From Eubacteriales bacterium (GTDB lineage Bacteria > Bacillota > Clostridia > Oscillospirales > CAG-272), in contig JBGVPG010000032.1 of the NCBI GenBank assembly GCA_045126855.1, positions 5,274 to 69,273 on the forward strand: a DNA stretch of 64,000 nt. The letters are read 5' to 3'. The notes beneath the pieces were generated by a model. The model did no database searches and was not told the DNA's origin. It saw only the letters and a list, made by a program, of their open reading frames with translations. Both the position numbers and the translations under genes were made by a program. Positions 34,804 through 43,467 of this stretch are shown one piece after another. Numbering within the stretch: position 1 is the stretch's first letter; each line of letters begins with the position of its first letter.

Positions 34804-35802
34804 ATGGAAACCTCTGTAAGAAAGCAAGCGGCGAAAACCTTTTCCCGTGTATTTGGTGCTGCCACAGGCTATATCCTTATCGGTATCGCTCTGGTATATC
34901 TCTGCCAGATCCTGACCGCCCTGATAGTTGGCGGCGAGAGATTGATTGAGCTTTCGGATAACCCATACTACATATGGGGACTGCAGGTATTTGCAATGTA
35001 CCTTGTCTCATTCCCCCTCTTTCTTCTGTTCATAAGGAAGCTTCCCACGGCAAGCCGTGAGAAAACTCCCATATCGCTTACCGAATTCGGCTGTCTTTTC
35101 CTTATTTGCCAAGGAATTTCGATGGTTGGCTCTATGTTCTCAAATTGGCTGATTACAGTCTTTGAAGCTCTGCTTGGCCACGAGATACCCGATACCACAA
35201 GCGAGATCATTGAGATCACGCCTGTTTGGATTATTTTCCTGGTAGTTGTTGTTATTGGTCCGTTTATTGAGGAGATGATCTTCCGCAAGCTGATGATCGA
35301 CAAGCTTTCGATCTACGGTGACAGGCTCGCCATTGTGGTAACCTCGGTTGCCTTCGGCATCTTCCACGGTAATTTCTATCAGCTCTTCTACGCTACCGCT
35401 CTTGGTTTTGTACTCGGTTACTTATACACAAAGACCAGGCGCTCGGAGTACAACTGCGTTCTTCATATGGTAATAAACTTTATGGGCACGATCCCTGCCC
35501 TGCTTACCCAGGATGCTATGGAAAGGATCAACGCACTTCCCGAGGATGCTATGATCCAGGGCAGCCTTCTCAACGACTACTTCCTCATAATGTTCACAAG
35601 CTACGTGCAGATGGGACTTGCCATTGCAGGCATTGTGCTCCTCATCCGTGCTATCGTTAAAAAGCAAATCCACTTCAGAAACGAGTGTGACATTTCCCTC
35701 GAAAAGAGCGACTATCCGAGAGTTATGATTCTCAACGTCGGAGCGATCTCATTTATCATCGTTTGCATCGCCCAGTGTATTCTCAGCCTATTTGCGGCAT
35801 AA
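34804..35802 (+). CDS. CPBP family intramembrane glutamic endopeptidase (CAAX protease-like)
   Basis: 332 aa with motifs GPFIEEMIFRKL, FGIFHGN and HMVINF. Confidence 0.8.
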   Translation: METSVRKQAAKTFSRVFGAATGYILIGIALVYLCQILTALIVGGERLIELSDNPYYIWGLQVFAMYLVSFPLFLLFIRKLPTASREKTPISLTEFGCLFLICQGISMVGSMFSNWLITVFEALLGHEIPDTTSEIIEITPVWIIFLVVVVIGPFIEEMIFRKLMIDKLSIYGDRLAIVVTSVAFGIFHGNFYQLFYATALGFVLGYLYTKTRRSEYNCVLHMVINFMGTIPALLTQDAMERINALPEDAMIQGSLLNDYFLIMFTSYVQMGLAIAGIVLLIRAIVKKQIHFRNECDISLEKSDYPRVMILNVGAISFIIVCIAQCILSLFAA

Positions 35803-35810
35803 GGAGTTAT

Positions 35811-37514
35811 ATGGAAAGCTATAATAAACTGACAACGGTCCACGCAGAGCGTATGGACAAAAATATCCCCTGGAATGAGTATCCGAGGCCCTCTATGGTC
35901 CGTGATTCCTTCCTCTGCCTTAACGGTAAATGGGACTTTGGCGTATCGAGTGACGGCAGTGAGCCCGAGTACAAGGAAACGATCCTCGTGCCTTTTCCTC
36001 CCGAATCTGCCCTCAGCGGTATCGAACGACAGGTTGAGTGGGGGCAGTATATCCATTGCAGAAGAAACTTTGTTCTGCCTGAAAATATGGTTGGAAAACG
36101 CATTATTTTACATTTCGGAGCGGTAGATACACTTGCAACCGTTTATCTTAACGGTGAGCGTGTGGCATACCACGAAGGCGGATATATCCCCTTCAGCATA
36201 GATATTACCGCCTACCTCCTATCGGGCGAGAATACCCTTACGGTCAAGGTGCTTGACACCCTTGATCTTGACTACCCCTATGGCAAGCAGACCAAAAAAC
36301 GTGGCGGAATGTGGTACACGCCTGTCAGCGGAATCTGGCAGACGGTGTGGATCGAGGCAGTGCCCGAGAAATATATTAAAAAGCTTGTAATCACCCCCAC
36401 GATGAATGACGTTACGATCAAGATAGTAGGCGGTGAAGCTAAGAAAAAAATCACTCTTCATGGCGGAGAGTGCTATGAATTTGAAGGAGACAGCATCACT
36501 ATTTCTCCAAAAGAAAAGCACCTCTGGTCTCCCGAGTATCCCTATCTCTACCACTTCACTATTGAGACGGGCGAAGACAGAGTTGACAGCTATTTTGCCC
36601 TTCGTGAAATCGGCATAAGCAAGGTGAAGGGCATTTCCCGTCTTACCCTGAATGGTGAGCCTTATCTCTTCAACGGTCTTCTCGACCAGGGATATTATCC
36701 CGAGGGTATCTTTCTCCCGGCGACAAGAAACGGCTACCTTGACGATATTCTCGCATCAAAGAGCTGTGGCTTCAATATGCTTCGTAAGCATATTAAGGTT
36801 GAGCCGGACATCTTCTACTACCTCTGCGACAGCCTTGGAATGGTCGTATTCCAGGATATGGTTAACAACTCCTCCTACTCCTGGCTTATTGATACTGCCC
36901 TGCCTACAGTAGGCTTCAAGCGTCTGCCTATTCTCTTCAGACACAAGGGAGAGAAATCGAGAAGGATATTCGAGGAAACTATGAATGAGACCATTGATCT
37001 CCTCTATTCCCATCCTTCTGTGCTTTATTACACTATATTCAACGAGGGCTGGGGACAGTTTGCTGCCGACAAGATGTATGACAAGGCAAAGGCTCTCGAT
37101 CCCACAAGAATCTACGACTCCACAAGCGGCTGGTTCTATCGCAGCAGAAGCGACGTTGAGTCACGCCACGTGTATTTCAAGCCCGTACGACTGGGAAGAC
37201 CTGACGGACGCCCTCTTGTTATCAGCGAATTCGGTGGTTATTCTCACCGTGTGAAGGGACATCTTTTCGGCAAGGACGAGTATGGTTATGGCGGCTTTGA
37301 GACCCGTGAGGAGTACGAGGATGCATTCCGTAAGCTCTACACCGAGCAGGTGAAGCCTCTGATCTCCAAGGGCATCTGCGGTCTGGTTTATACGCAGGTA
37401 TCCGACGTTGAGGATGAGACAAACGGAATCCTCACCTACGACAGAAGAGTGATTAAGCTCGACCCCGAACGCACAAGCTCGCTTATGGACGAGCTTTACG
37501 CCGAGATCAAGTAG
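35811..37514 (+). CDS. Glycoside hydrolase family 2 protein
   Basis: The start at 35811 follows an AAGGAG RBS. It has GH2 sugar-binding and TIM-barrel features (NGERVAYHEGGYIPFSIDIT, FNMLRKHIKVE, YTIFNEGWGQ). Confidence 0.8.
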   Translation: MESYNKLTTVHAERMDKNIPWNEYPRPSMVRDSFLCLNGKWDFGVSSDGSEPEYKETILVPFPPESALSGIERQVEWGQYIHCRRNFVLPENMVGKRIILHFGAVDTLATVYLNGERVAYHEGGYIPFSIDITAYLLSGENTLTVKVLDTLDLDYPYGKQTKKRGGMWYTPVSGIWQTVWIEAVPEKYIKKLVITPTMNDVTIKIVGGEAKKKITLHGGECYEFEGDSITISPKEKHLWSPEYPYLYHFTIETGEDRVDSYFALREIGISKVKGISRLTLNGEPYLFNGLLDQGYYPEGIFLPATRNGYLDDILASKSCGFNMLRKHIKVEPDIFYYLCDSLGMVVFQDMVNNSSYSWLIDTALPTVGFKRLPILFRHKGEKSRRIFEETMNETIDLLYSHPSVLYYTIFNEGWGQFAADKMYDKAKALDPTRIYDSTSGWFYRSRSDVESRHVYFKPVRLGRPDGRPLVISEFGGYSHRVKGHLFGKDEYGYGGFETREEYEDAFRKLYTEQVKPLISKGICGLVYTQVSDVEDETNGILTYDRRVIKLDPERTSSLMDELYAEIK

Positions 37515-37538
37515 TCTATTATATAATATATAATGTAG

Positions 37539-37576
37539 AAAAAGGACGAGATATCACTCTCGTCCTTTTGTTTTAT
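37539..37576 (+). terminator. Intrinsic terminator whose 8-nt loop is ATATCACT
   Basis: Stem AAAGGACGAG (37541..37550), loop ATATCACT (37551..37558), stem CTCGTCCTTT, then TGTTTT. Confidence 0.8.
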
Positions 37577-37583
37577 AAAGTTT

Positions 37584-37639
37584 ATGGCAGGAGAACCTTT
37601 CAGAACTCCTGCCATTGTTCTGCCTAAATAAGGCAGACG
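37584..37639. repeat. 56-bp direct repeat R1 (hairpin GGCAGGAG...CTCCTGCC)
   Basis: Identical to 37728..37783 at 53 of 56 positions. Confidence 0.85.
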
Positions 37640-37671
37640 ACCGGCTAGGCTTATTTTGAGCAAAGATTGTC

Positions 37672-37721
37672 GTTTGCGACCGAAGGCGTAGTTACCTACG
37701 CTGAGAGTTCAGCAAACGGCA
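37672..37721. repeat. 50-bp GTTTGCGACCGAAGGCGTAG...GCAAACGGCA element, copy 2
   Basis: Matches 30052..30101. The inner hairpin loop differs (ttac vs aaat) while the stem is kept. Confidence 0.8.
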
Positions 37722-37727
37722 ATAAAT

Positions 37728-37783
37728 ATGGCAGGAGAACCTCTCGGAACTCCTGCCATTGTTCTGCCTAAATAAGTCAGACG
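37728..37783. repeat. 56-bp direct repeat R1'
   Basis: Second copy of 37584..37639. It ends 3 nt before the stop codon of the converging 1069-aa gene. Confidence 0.85.
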
Positions 37784-37786
37784 TGA

Positions 37787-40700
37787 TTATTTGTACTGCT
37801 CTGCGTGGCCACCAGCAAGGGTGATCATCTTAACAGCCTGAAGCGAGAAGCTATCAGACTCGATAGTGAGCTTCTTGTTCATGGTACCGCGGGCAAGAAC
37901 CTTCAGTCTGCCTGCGTTCTGGGGAGCAAGTCTCATCTTCTTCAGAGCATCAAGGGTTACGACGTCACCGTCGTTGAAGTGGTCACAGATGGTGTCAAGG
38001 TTAATTGCGTGAACCTTACCGGATCTGGTCTTACCGGGGGTCTCATCAATCAGCTCAACGCTGAGTGCGGCTTCCTCGTCGGACATAAGCTCGTCTGCGG
38101 TCTCTGCATCAGCGAATACGGGAACCACCTCGGGCTCGGGCTCAACCTCTGGTGCAGGCTCCTCGATGACCTCAGCCACAGGCTCCTCAATCTCGGGCTC
38201 CTCTACGGGCTCTTCGATTTCAGGCTCTGCAACGGGTTCTTCTACAGCAGGTTCTTCTACAACGGGCTCTTCAACCTCAGGCTCCTCAGCAAGCTCAGGC
38301 TCGTTGATAAGCTCAGGAAGGGTCTCGGGAATTGCAGGTGCTTCCTCCTCGTCAGCAAAGGTGATGTTAACCTCTGCGTCAGCCATAACAACGTCAGGTC
38401 TCTCGGCTGCAGGTGCAGGAGCAGGCTGCTCTACGGGACGATCAATGATGGGAGCGATGGGAAGCTCGTTTGCCGCATTAAGCGCATTCTCGAAGCTGGG
38501 CTCGCTCTCCTCCTGCTTGTATGCAGGATTCTTCTGCATCATACCCATACCGGTTGCGGTTGCAGGAAGGACGAAGGGAGATTCGCCATAATCCTTGTTC
38601 TTGGAACGGATGGTGGGAATGGTGGGGATCATAGGCTCTGCGTGCTGTACGCGGCCGTCTCTGGTGGTAGGAATAGTATCGATCTTGGATGCACGCTTGG
38701 GAACAACGTCAACGTGAGGCTCTTCTACAGGTGCCTCGTGGCGCTCCTCAACAACTTCAATTACACCCTCATCGGTATCAATGATAGCGTGGGTCTCAGT
38801 AACAGTCTCTTCCTCGGCAGGCTCCTCAGCAGGCTCCTCGGTGGTTTCCTCAAGCTGCTCGGACTTCTCCTCGGACTTTTCCTCGAAGATCTCGCGAGTC
38901 TCCTCCTTGAGTTCCTCCACGGGCTCTTCCTTGGGCTCTTCCTTGACCTCGGTCTTTTCCTCGACAATCTTCTCTTCCGCAATCTCCTCCTCGATAACCT
39001 CGAATACGGTGCGGTAGGTGGTCTTCTTGGTTGTCTCGGTTACGGTAACCTCTACATCGCTCTCCTCAGCGGCCTTTGCAGGCGCATCATGATGCTCAGC
39101 GGTCTTTGCAGGCGCATCGTGAAGCTCTGTATGCTGGACTTCCTCGGTAACATGACCGTTCTTTCCGGTCTTGCGAACGATCTTTTCTTCTGTAAATACA
39201 GTATTGTTAATAAATGTAGACTTGGGAAGGTTTGCGGGCTCGATATCAACGGACTCTTCGTAAGTCTCAATCGCCTCGGGAATAGGCTCATCAACAAGCT
39301 CGGTAACCTCTACGATATCCTCGTAGATAACAGCACCGGTCTCAGGAAGTTCGATTCTGCTCTCGGGAATCTCGTTGTCGAAGAGGAACTCCTGGGAAGG
39401 AAGAACTGCCTCGTCGATGTGAAGCACGGTAGCAACCGGCTCAACGGGTGCGGGAGTAGGCTCGTCAACAAGCACGGTAGTCTCTACGGTATTCTCATAG
39501 ATAACAGCACCGGTCTCAGGAAGCTCGATTCTGCTCTCGGGAATTTCCTGGTCGAAGAGGAACTCCTCCTTGGGAAGAATAACGTCGGAAATAACAGTTG
39601 CTTCCTCGGCGGTAATCTCCGCAGGCTTAGCTTCATCCTCAAGCACAGTAGAGGCAACGTCCTCGTATACTGCAGCCTGCTCGGTGGGAATAACGATCTC
39701 CTCCTCGGGAATTTCCTGGTCGAAGACGAACTCCTCTCTGGGAAGAATAGCCTCTGCAACAACCACGGGCTCTGCAACGGGTGCAGGAGTAGGCTCGTCA
39801 ACAAGCTTGGACTCTGCAACCTCCTCGGAGATAGCAGCTTCTGCCACGGGAACAACCACGGGGGTCTCCTCTGTAACGAAGGTTGTTGTAATGGGATCTG
39901 CCTTGGGAATAACGGTCTCGGGAATAACAACAGGCTCTTCCTTAACGGGTGTAGGCTCATCCTCAAGCAGAGATGCGGTAATACTCTCGTAAATCGCAGC
40001 CTCGGCGGTAGGAATGAAGACGGGCTCCTCCTTGTTCTGGAAGAGATATGTAGCAGGGTCTGCCTGAGGTGTAACGCTCGCCATAATGGGCTCGGGCTGA
40101 ACGGGTGTCTCGGGCTTCTTCTCGTCCACAAGAACTGTGGGCGCTACGGTATTCTCGTAGATAGATGCGCTGATATGAACTACACCGCCAACGTCCTTGG
40201 ACGTAACGATGGTGATGGGAACATCCTTCGTAACGTATCCCGAAAGGGGATTTGCCTTGGGAAGTATGGGCTCTTCTCTCTTAGGCATCTCAGGTGCGGT
40301 CGCAGGAGCATCAACGAGAGTGCTTCTCTGCACGCCGTCCTCGAAGATATAGTTCTGAGAACCAACGTATCCGTGAGGAACGTCGTTATACTCAGGCTTA
40401 TCAATGATGTTATTAACAGGCGAAGCCTTGGGAATAACAGACGCATTGATAGGCGTCTTGCTTTCGATAACCAGACGGTTGTCCTCGAGAGTGGTGTAAG
40501 GAACATCCTCGTACACCTGGTTCGTAAGAGGCTGATCGATCTTATACGCATAAGGAATCGCGCCGCTGTTGATAGACTGCATAGGATTCGGGTTGGTCTC
40601 GGAAATAATGATTCCGTCAAGGCCGTGAATCTTAGGCACGGGCTGAGGGTCCATAAGAATAGCAGCGGTGGGCTCGAGAGCGTCAAGGAATACGCTGTCG

Positions 40701-40996
40701 GGTGCATCCCACTTGGCATCATCGAGATCCTCGTAAAGCTTAACGGATCCGTCGTCGTCCTCCCACTCCTTAATCTTCTTATGCTTCTTAACCTTAAAGT
40801 AGATTACGATAGCACCGATGAACAGGGTGAAGAATCCTGCAACAAAGCCGAAGAATACGTACAGCATAGGATCATTCCATCCGCTGACCTCGGCCGCTTC
40901 CCCTTCCGCGAAGGTGGGGATCACCATGGCAAAGAGCGCGGAGAGTATCATCAGCGCACAGAGCATGGCCTTCTGGTGTTTCTTAAAGATGTTCAT
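37787..40996 (-). CDS. Membrane-anchored repetitive acidic protein with C-terminal ribosomal uL15-like domain
   Basis: I prefer the start at 40996 (GGAG RBS; the track start is 41011). It has a signal-like segment plus a TM (VFFGFVAGFFTLFIGAIVIYF followed by KVKKHKKIK) and roughly 58-aa tandem repeats. The C-terminus AINLDTICDHFNDGDVVTLDALKKMRLAPQNAGRLKVLARGTMNKKLTIESDSFSLQAVKMITLAGGHAE aligns with the C-terminal half of Bacillus L15. Confidence 0.8.
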   Translation of the reverse strand: MNIFKKHQKAMLCALMILSALFAMVIPTFAEGEAAEVSGWNDPMLYVFFGFVAGFFTLFIGAIVIYFKVKKHKKIKEWEDDDGSVKLYEDLDDAKWDAPDSVFLDALEPTAAILMDPQPVPKIHGLDGIIISETNPNPMQSINSGAIPYAYKIDQPLTNQVYEDVPYTTLEDNRLVIESKTPINASVIPKASPVNNIIDKPEYNDVPHGYVGSQNYIFEDGVQRSTLVDAPATAPEMPKREEPILPKANPLSGYVTKDVPITIVTSKDVGGVVHISASIYENTVAPTVLVDEKKPETPVQPEPIMASVTPQADPATYLFQNKEEPVFIPTAEAAIYESITASLLEDEPTPVKEEPVVIPETVIPKADPITTTFVTEETPVVVPVAEAAISEEVAESKLVDEPTPAPVAEPVVVAEAILPREEFVFDQEIPEEEIVIPTEQAAVYEDVASTVLEDEAKPAEITAEEATVISDVILPKEEFLFDQEIPESRIELPETGAVIYENTVETTVLVDEPTPAPVEPVATVLHIDEAVLPSQEFLFDNEIPESRIELPETGAVIYEDIVEVTELVDEPIPEAIETYEESVDIEPANLPKSTFINNTVFTEEKIVRKTGKNGHVTEEVQHTELHDAPAKTAEHHDAPAKAAEESDVEVTVTETTKKTTYRTVFEVIEEEIAEEKIVEEKTEVKEEPKEEPVEELKEETREIFEEKSEEKSEQLEETTEEPAEEPAEEETVTETHAIIDTDEGVIEVVEERHEAPVEEPHVDVVPKRASKIDTIPTTRDGRVQHAEPMIPTIPTIRSKNKDYGESPFVLPATATGMGMMQKNPAYKQEESEPSFENALNAANELPIAPIIDRPVEQPAPAPAAERPDVVMADAEVNITFADEEEAPAIPETLPELINEPELAEEPEVEEPVVEEPAVEEPVAEPEIEEPVEEPEIEEPVAEVIEEPAPEVEPEPEVVPVFADAETADELMSDEEAALSVELIDETPGKTRSGKVHAINLDTICDHFNDGDVVTLDALKKMRLAPQNAGRLKVLARGTMNKKLTIESDSFSLQAVKMITLAGGHAEQYK

Positions 40997-41157
40997 AAGA
41001 TCTCCATTCATTGTCTTTTTACCGCCTACCCATACGGCGGCAACAAGAAATATGGTGTCAACGCGCCTATTTATATATATGCGCGTAAAATATTTCTATA
41101 CAGATATTATTATAGCACCTCTTTGCAACAAAATCAATAGGTATTTTAAAAATAAAA

Positions 41158-41190
41158 TAAAAAAATGGGAAGCCGAAGCTCCCCATTTTA
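41158..41190 (-). terminator. Intrinsic terminator of the small lipoprotein gene
   Basis: On the minus strand: TGGGGAGC-ttcg-GCTTCCCA followed by TTTTTT. Confidence 0.7.
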
Positions 41191-41202
41191 TTCTGATCGA
41201 AA

Positions 41203-41574
41203 TTAGTCAACCTTGTTAAGGGTAAAACCACCAAGCTTGATGTACTTTGTGCCGTTCTCCTCACCCTGAGAGAAGTCGAGAGTCTCAATGTTATCCTCTT
41301 CGGTTTCCCATGTAAAGGTGATCTGGAACTTGCCTTCCTCAACCTCGTTGATCTCATACTTACCCTCAACGGTTTCGGACTTGCTGTAACCAAGGATACC
41401 GCTGGTCTTGGTCTTGGTTACCTTTTTGCCGGAGAACTCGTATACAACGTGGTTGTCATCGGTAATCTTGAGCTCGTACTTGCCGCTAAGCATGATGCCA
41501 CAGGATACGAGGGAAAGAAGAGTACCTACGAGAAGTACGCATACAAGAAGTGCAGATAAAGTCTTTTTCATCAT
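41203..41574 (-). CDS. Small lipoprotein, hypothetical
   Basis: 123 aa with lipobox LVSC (MMKKTLSALLVCVLLVGTLLSLVSCG). Confidence 0.65.
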   Translation of the reverse strand: MMKKTLSALLVCVLLVGTLLSLVSCGIMLSGKYELKITDDNHVVYEFSGKKVTKTKTSGILGYSKSETVEGKYEINEVEEGKFQITFTWETEEDNIETLDFSQGEENGTKYIKLGGFTLNKVD

Positions 41575-41758
41575 TTTGTCTCCTTTTTGTATTATTAGTC
41601 TTTCAACTACATCTACATTTTACCATTTATTTGGTCAAATGTCAATGATTTTTATCCAAAAAAATCCATTAAAAATTATTAAATATTCTTAATTTTTTGT
41701 TGACTTTCATCGCTTGGTGTATTAAAATAAGAAGAGTTGATTAAGTGAGGAGATCGCT

Positions 41759-42298
41759 ATGCTTATTAAGAATTTCTTTCTCCACCTCTCGCTGGTGCTG
41801 AGGCACAAGCACAGAGTGTTTATAAACTGTGTGAAATGCGGTATTCCCTTCCGCGGAATTATGCACGATCTGTCAAAATTCTCGCCATCGGAGTTTTTCG
41901 AGAGCGTGAAATATTACCAGGGTGACCGCTCGCCTATCGGTGCATGCCGACGTGCGACCGGAAAGAGCGAGGCATGGCTTCATCATAAGGGACGCAACAA
42001 GCACCACATCGAGTATTGGCTTGACCCAGAGTGCAAGGTCACACCTCTTATGCCCTACAAGTACGCTGTTGAGTGCGCCTGCGACAAGCTGGCGGCAACC
42101 TACGTTTATGCAGGCGGCGAATACGAGTGGGGTCTTCCCCTGCTCCACTGGCACAAGCACGGTGACAAGGTCAACGGCAACCCCAAGACTATGGCCTTTC
42201 TCGAAGAGGTCTTTATTGACGTGGAAAATCACGGTGAAAAATACGTGCTCAATAAGAAGTATATGAAAAACAAGTATCGTGAGGTGTGTGGCGAGTGA
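41759..42298 (+). CDS. Conserved hypothetical protein with HD..SK and His-rich motifs (DUF5662-like)
   Basis: 179 aa with GIMHDLSKFSP and WLHHKGRNKHHIEYW. The family name is recalled, not verified. Confidence 0.5.
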   Translation: MLIKNFFLHLSLVLRHKHRVFINCVKCGIPFRGIMHDLSKFSPSEFFESVKYYQGDRSPIGACRRATGKSEAWLHHKGRNKHHIEYWLDPECKVTPLMPYKYAVECACDKLAATYVYAGGEYEWGLPLLHWHKHGDKVNGNPKTMAFLEEVFIDVENHGEKYVLNKKYMKNKYREVCGE

Positions 42299-43434
42299 AT
42301 ACTACCGTAAAGGAATTTCGTTACGAGCCAAGGAAAATTCTCACATTTTTAAAGGACAACGCCGTTTTGATGATAGCGATTCTTGCGGCGACGGTGACAT
42401 CCTTCATCGTGCCGCCGGACGAGAAATATCTTGACTACTTTGATTTCAAGACCCTTGCCTGCCTTTTCTCGGTGCTGGCGGTGGTCTGTGCACTCAGAAA
42501 TATAAGATTTTTCTACACCCTCGCTAAGGCGATAGTCAGAAAATTCCGCAACGCTAGGGCGGCTATTTTGGTGCTGGTGTACGTCACCTTCATCGGATCA
42601 ATGCTAATAGCCAACGATATGGCTCTGCTTACCTTCCTGCCACTGGGATACTTTATACTACATACTACAAAGAAGGAAAAATACCTCGCCTTCGCCTTCA
42701 TAATGCAGAATATCGCTGCAAATCTCGGCGGTATGCTCACCCCCTTCGGCAATCCGCAGAACCTTTATCTGTACTCCAAGTTTAACATTCTCGACGGAGA
42801 ATTCGTACAGATTATGTTTCCGCCCTTTATTCTTGCGATGCTGCTTATCACGATTTGTTGCCTTATATTCGTGAAGAACGAGCCTCTTGAGATTGAGGAA
42901 AAGGCGGCGAGCCTACCGGTTGGCAGAGTGATAATTTACCTTCTGCTCTTTGCCATAGCAATAATGATGGTATTCCGCTTCATGCCCTATCAGATAGGAC
43001 TTATCATCATTCCCCTTGCCCTGCTCTTTCTCGACAGACAGGCTCTCATGCAGGTGGACTACGGACTGCTTTTCACCTTCGTTTTCTTCTTCATCTTCGC
43101 AGGAAATATGGGAAGGATCGAGGTGGTGCGAGAGTTCTTTTCCTACCTTCTGAGCATTAACACCCTGGTCTTCTCAGCGCTGAGCTGTCAGGTTATCTCA
43201 AACGTTCCCTCGGCAATACTACTCTCGCAATTCACCGACAACTACCGTGAGTTGCTCCTTGGTGTAAATATCGGTGGTGCAGGCACTCTCATAGCCTCGC
43301 TTGCCAGCCTAATCACCTTCAAGGAATACACAAAGCAGGATCCGAAGCATACATTGGCGTACGTGCTCAAATTCACTGCCTTCAACTTCGCTTTCCTGAT
43401 TATTCTGACAGTTTTTTGCCTCATTTTGCAATAA
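42286..43434 (+). CDS. Anion permease of the ArsB/NhaD (citrate-transporter-like) superfamily
   Basis: 382 aa, polytopic. GTG start overlapping the previous stop. Pattern NIAANLGGMLTPFGNPQNL. Confidence 0.7.
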   Translation: MWRVNTTVKEFRYEPRKILTFLKDNAVLMIAILAATVTSFIVPPDEKYLDYFDFKTLACLFSVLAVVCALRNIRFFYTLAKAIVRKFRNARAAILVLVYVTFIGSMLIANDMALLTFLPLGYFILHTTKKEKYLAFAFIMQNIAANLGGMLTPFGNPQNLYLYSKFNILDGEFVQIMFPPFILAMLLITICCLIFVKNEPLEIEEKAASLPVGRVIIYLLLFAIAIMMVFRFMPYQIGLIIIPLALLFLDRQALMQVDYGLLFTFVFFFIFAGNMGRIEVVREFFSYLLSINTLVFSALSCQVISNVPSAILLSQFTDNYRELLLGVNIGGAGTLIASLASLITFKEYTKQDPKHTLAYVLKFTAFNFAFLIILTVFCLILQ

Positions 43435-43466
43435 AAAAAACCGCGAGATTTACTCGCGGTTTTTTT
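43433..43466. terminator. Bidirectional intrinsic terminator
   Basis: A-run, CCGCGAG-attta-CTCGCGG, T-run. It lies between convergent genes. Confidence 0.85.
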
Positions 43467-43467
43467 A

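Noticed and set aside
37805-41140. 1111-aa ORF on the + strand, the longest ORF in the region
   Set aside because: It is the antisense mirror of the minus-strand gene 37787..40996. That gene has a signal/TM N-terminus, an RBS and a uL15-like C-terminus. The + strand product is a monotonous L/G/N/R-rich translation of the complement of E/P/V codons, with no RBS and no recognisable domain.
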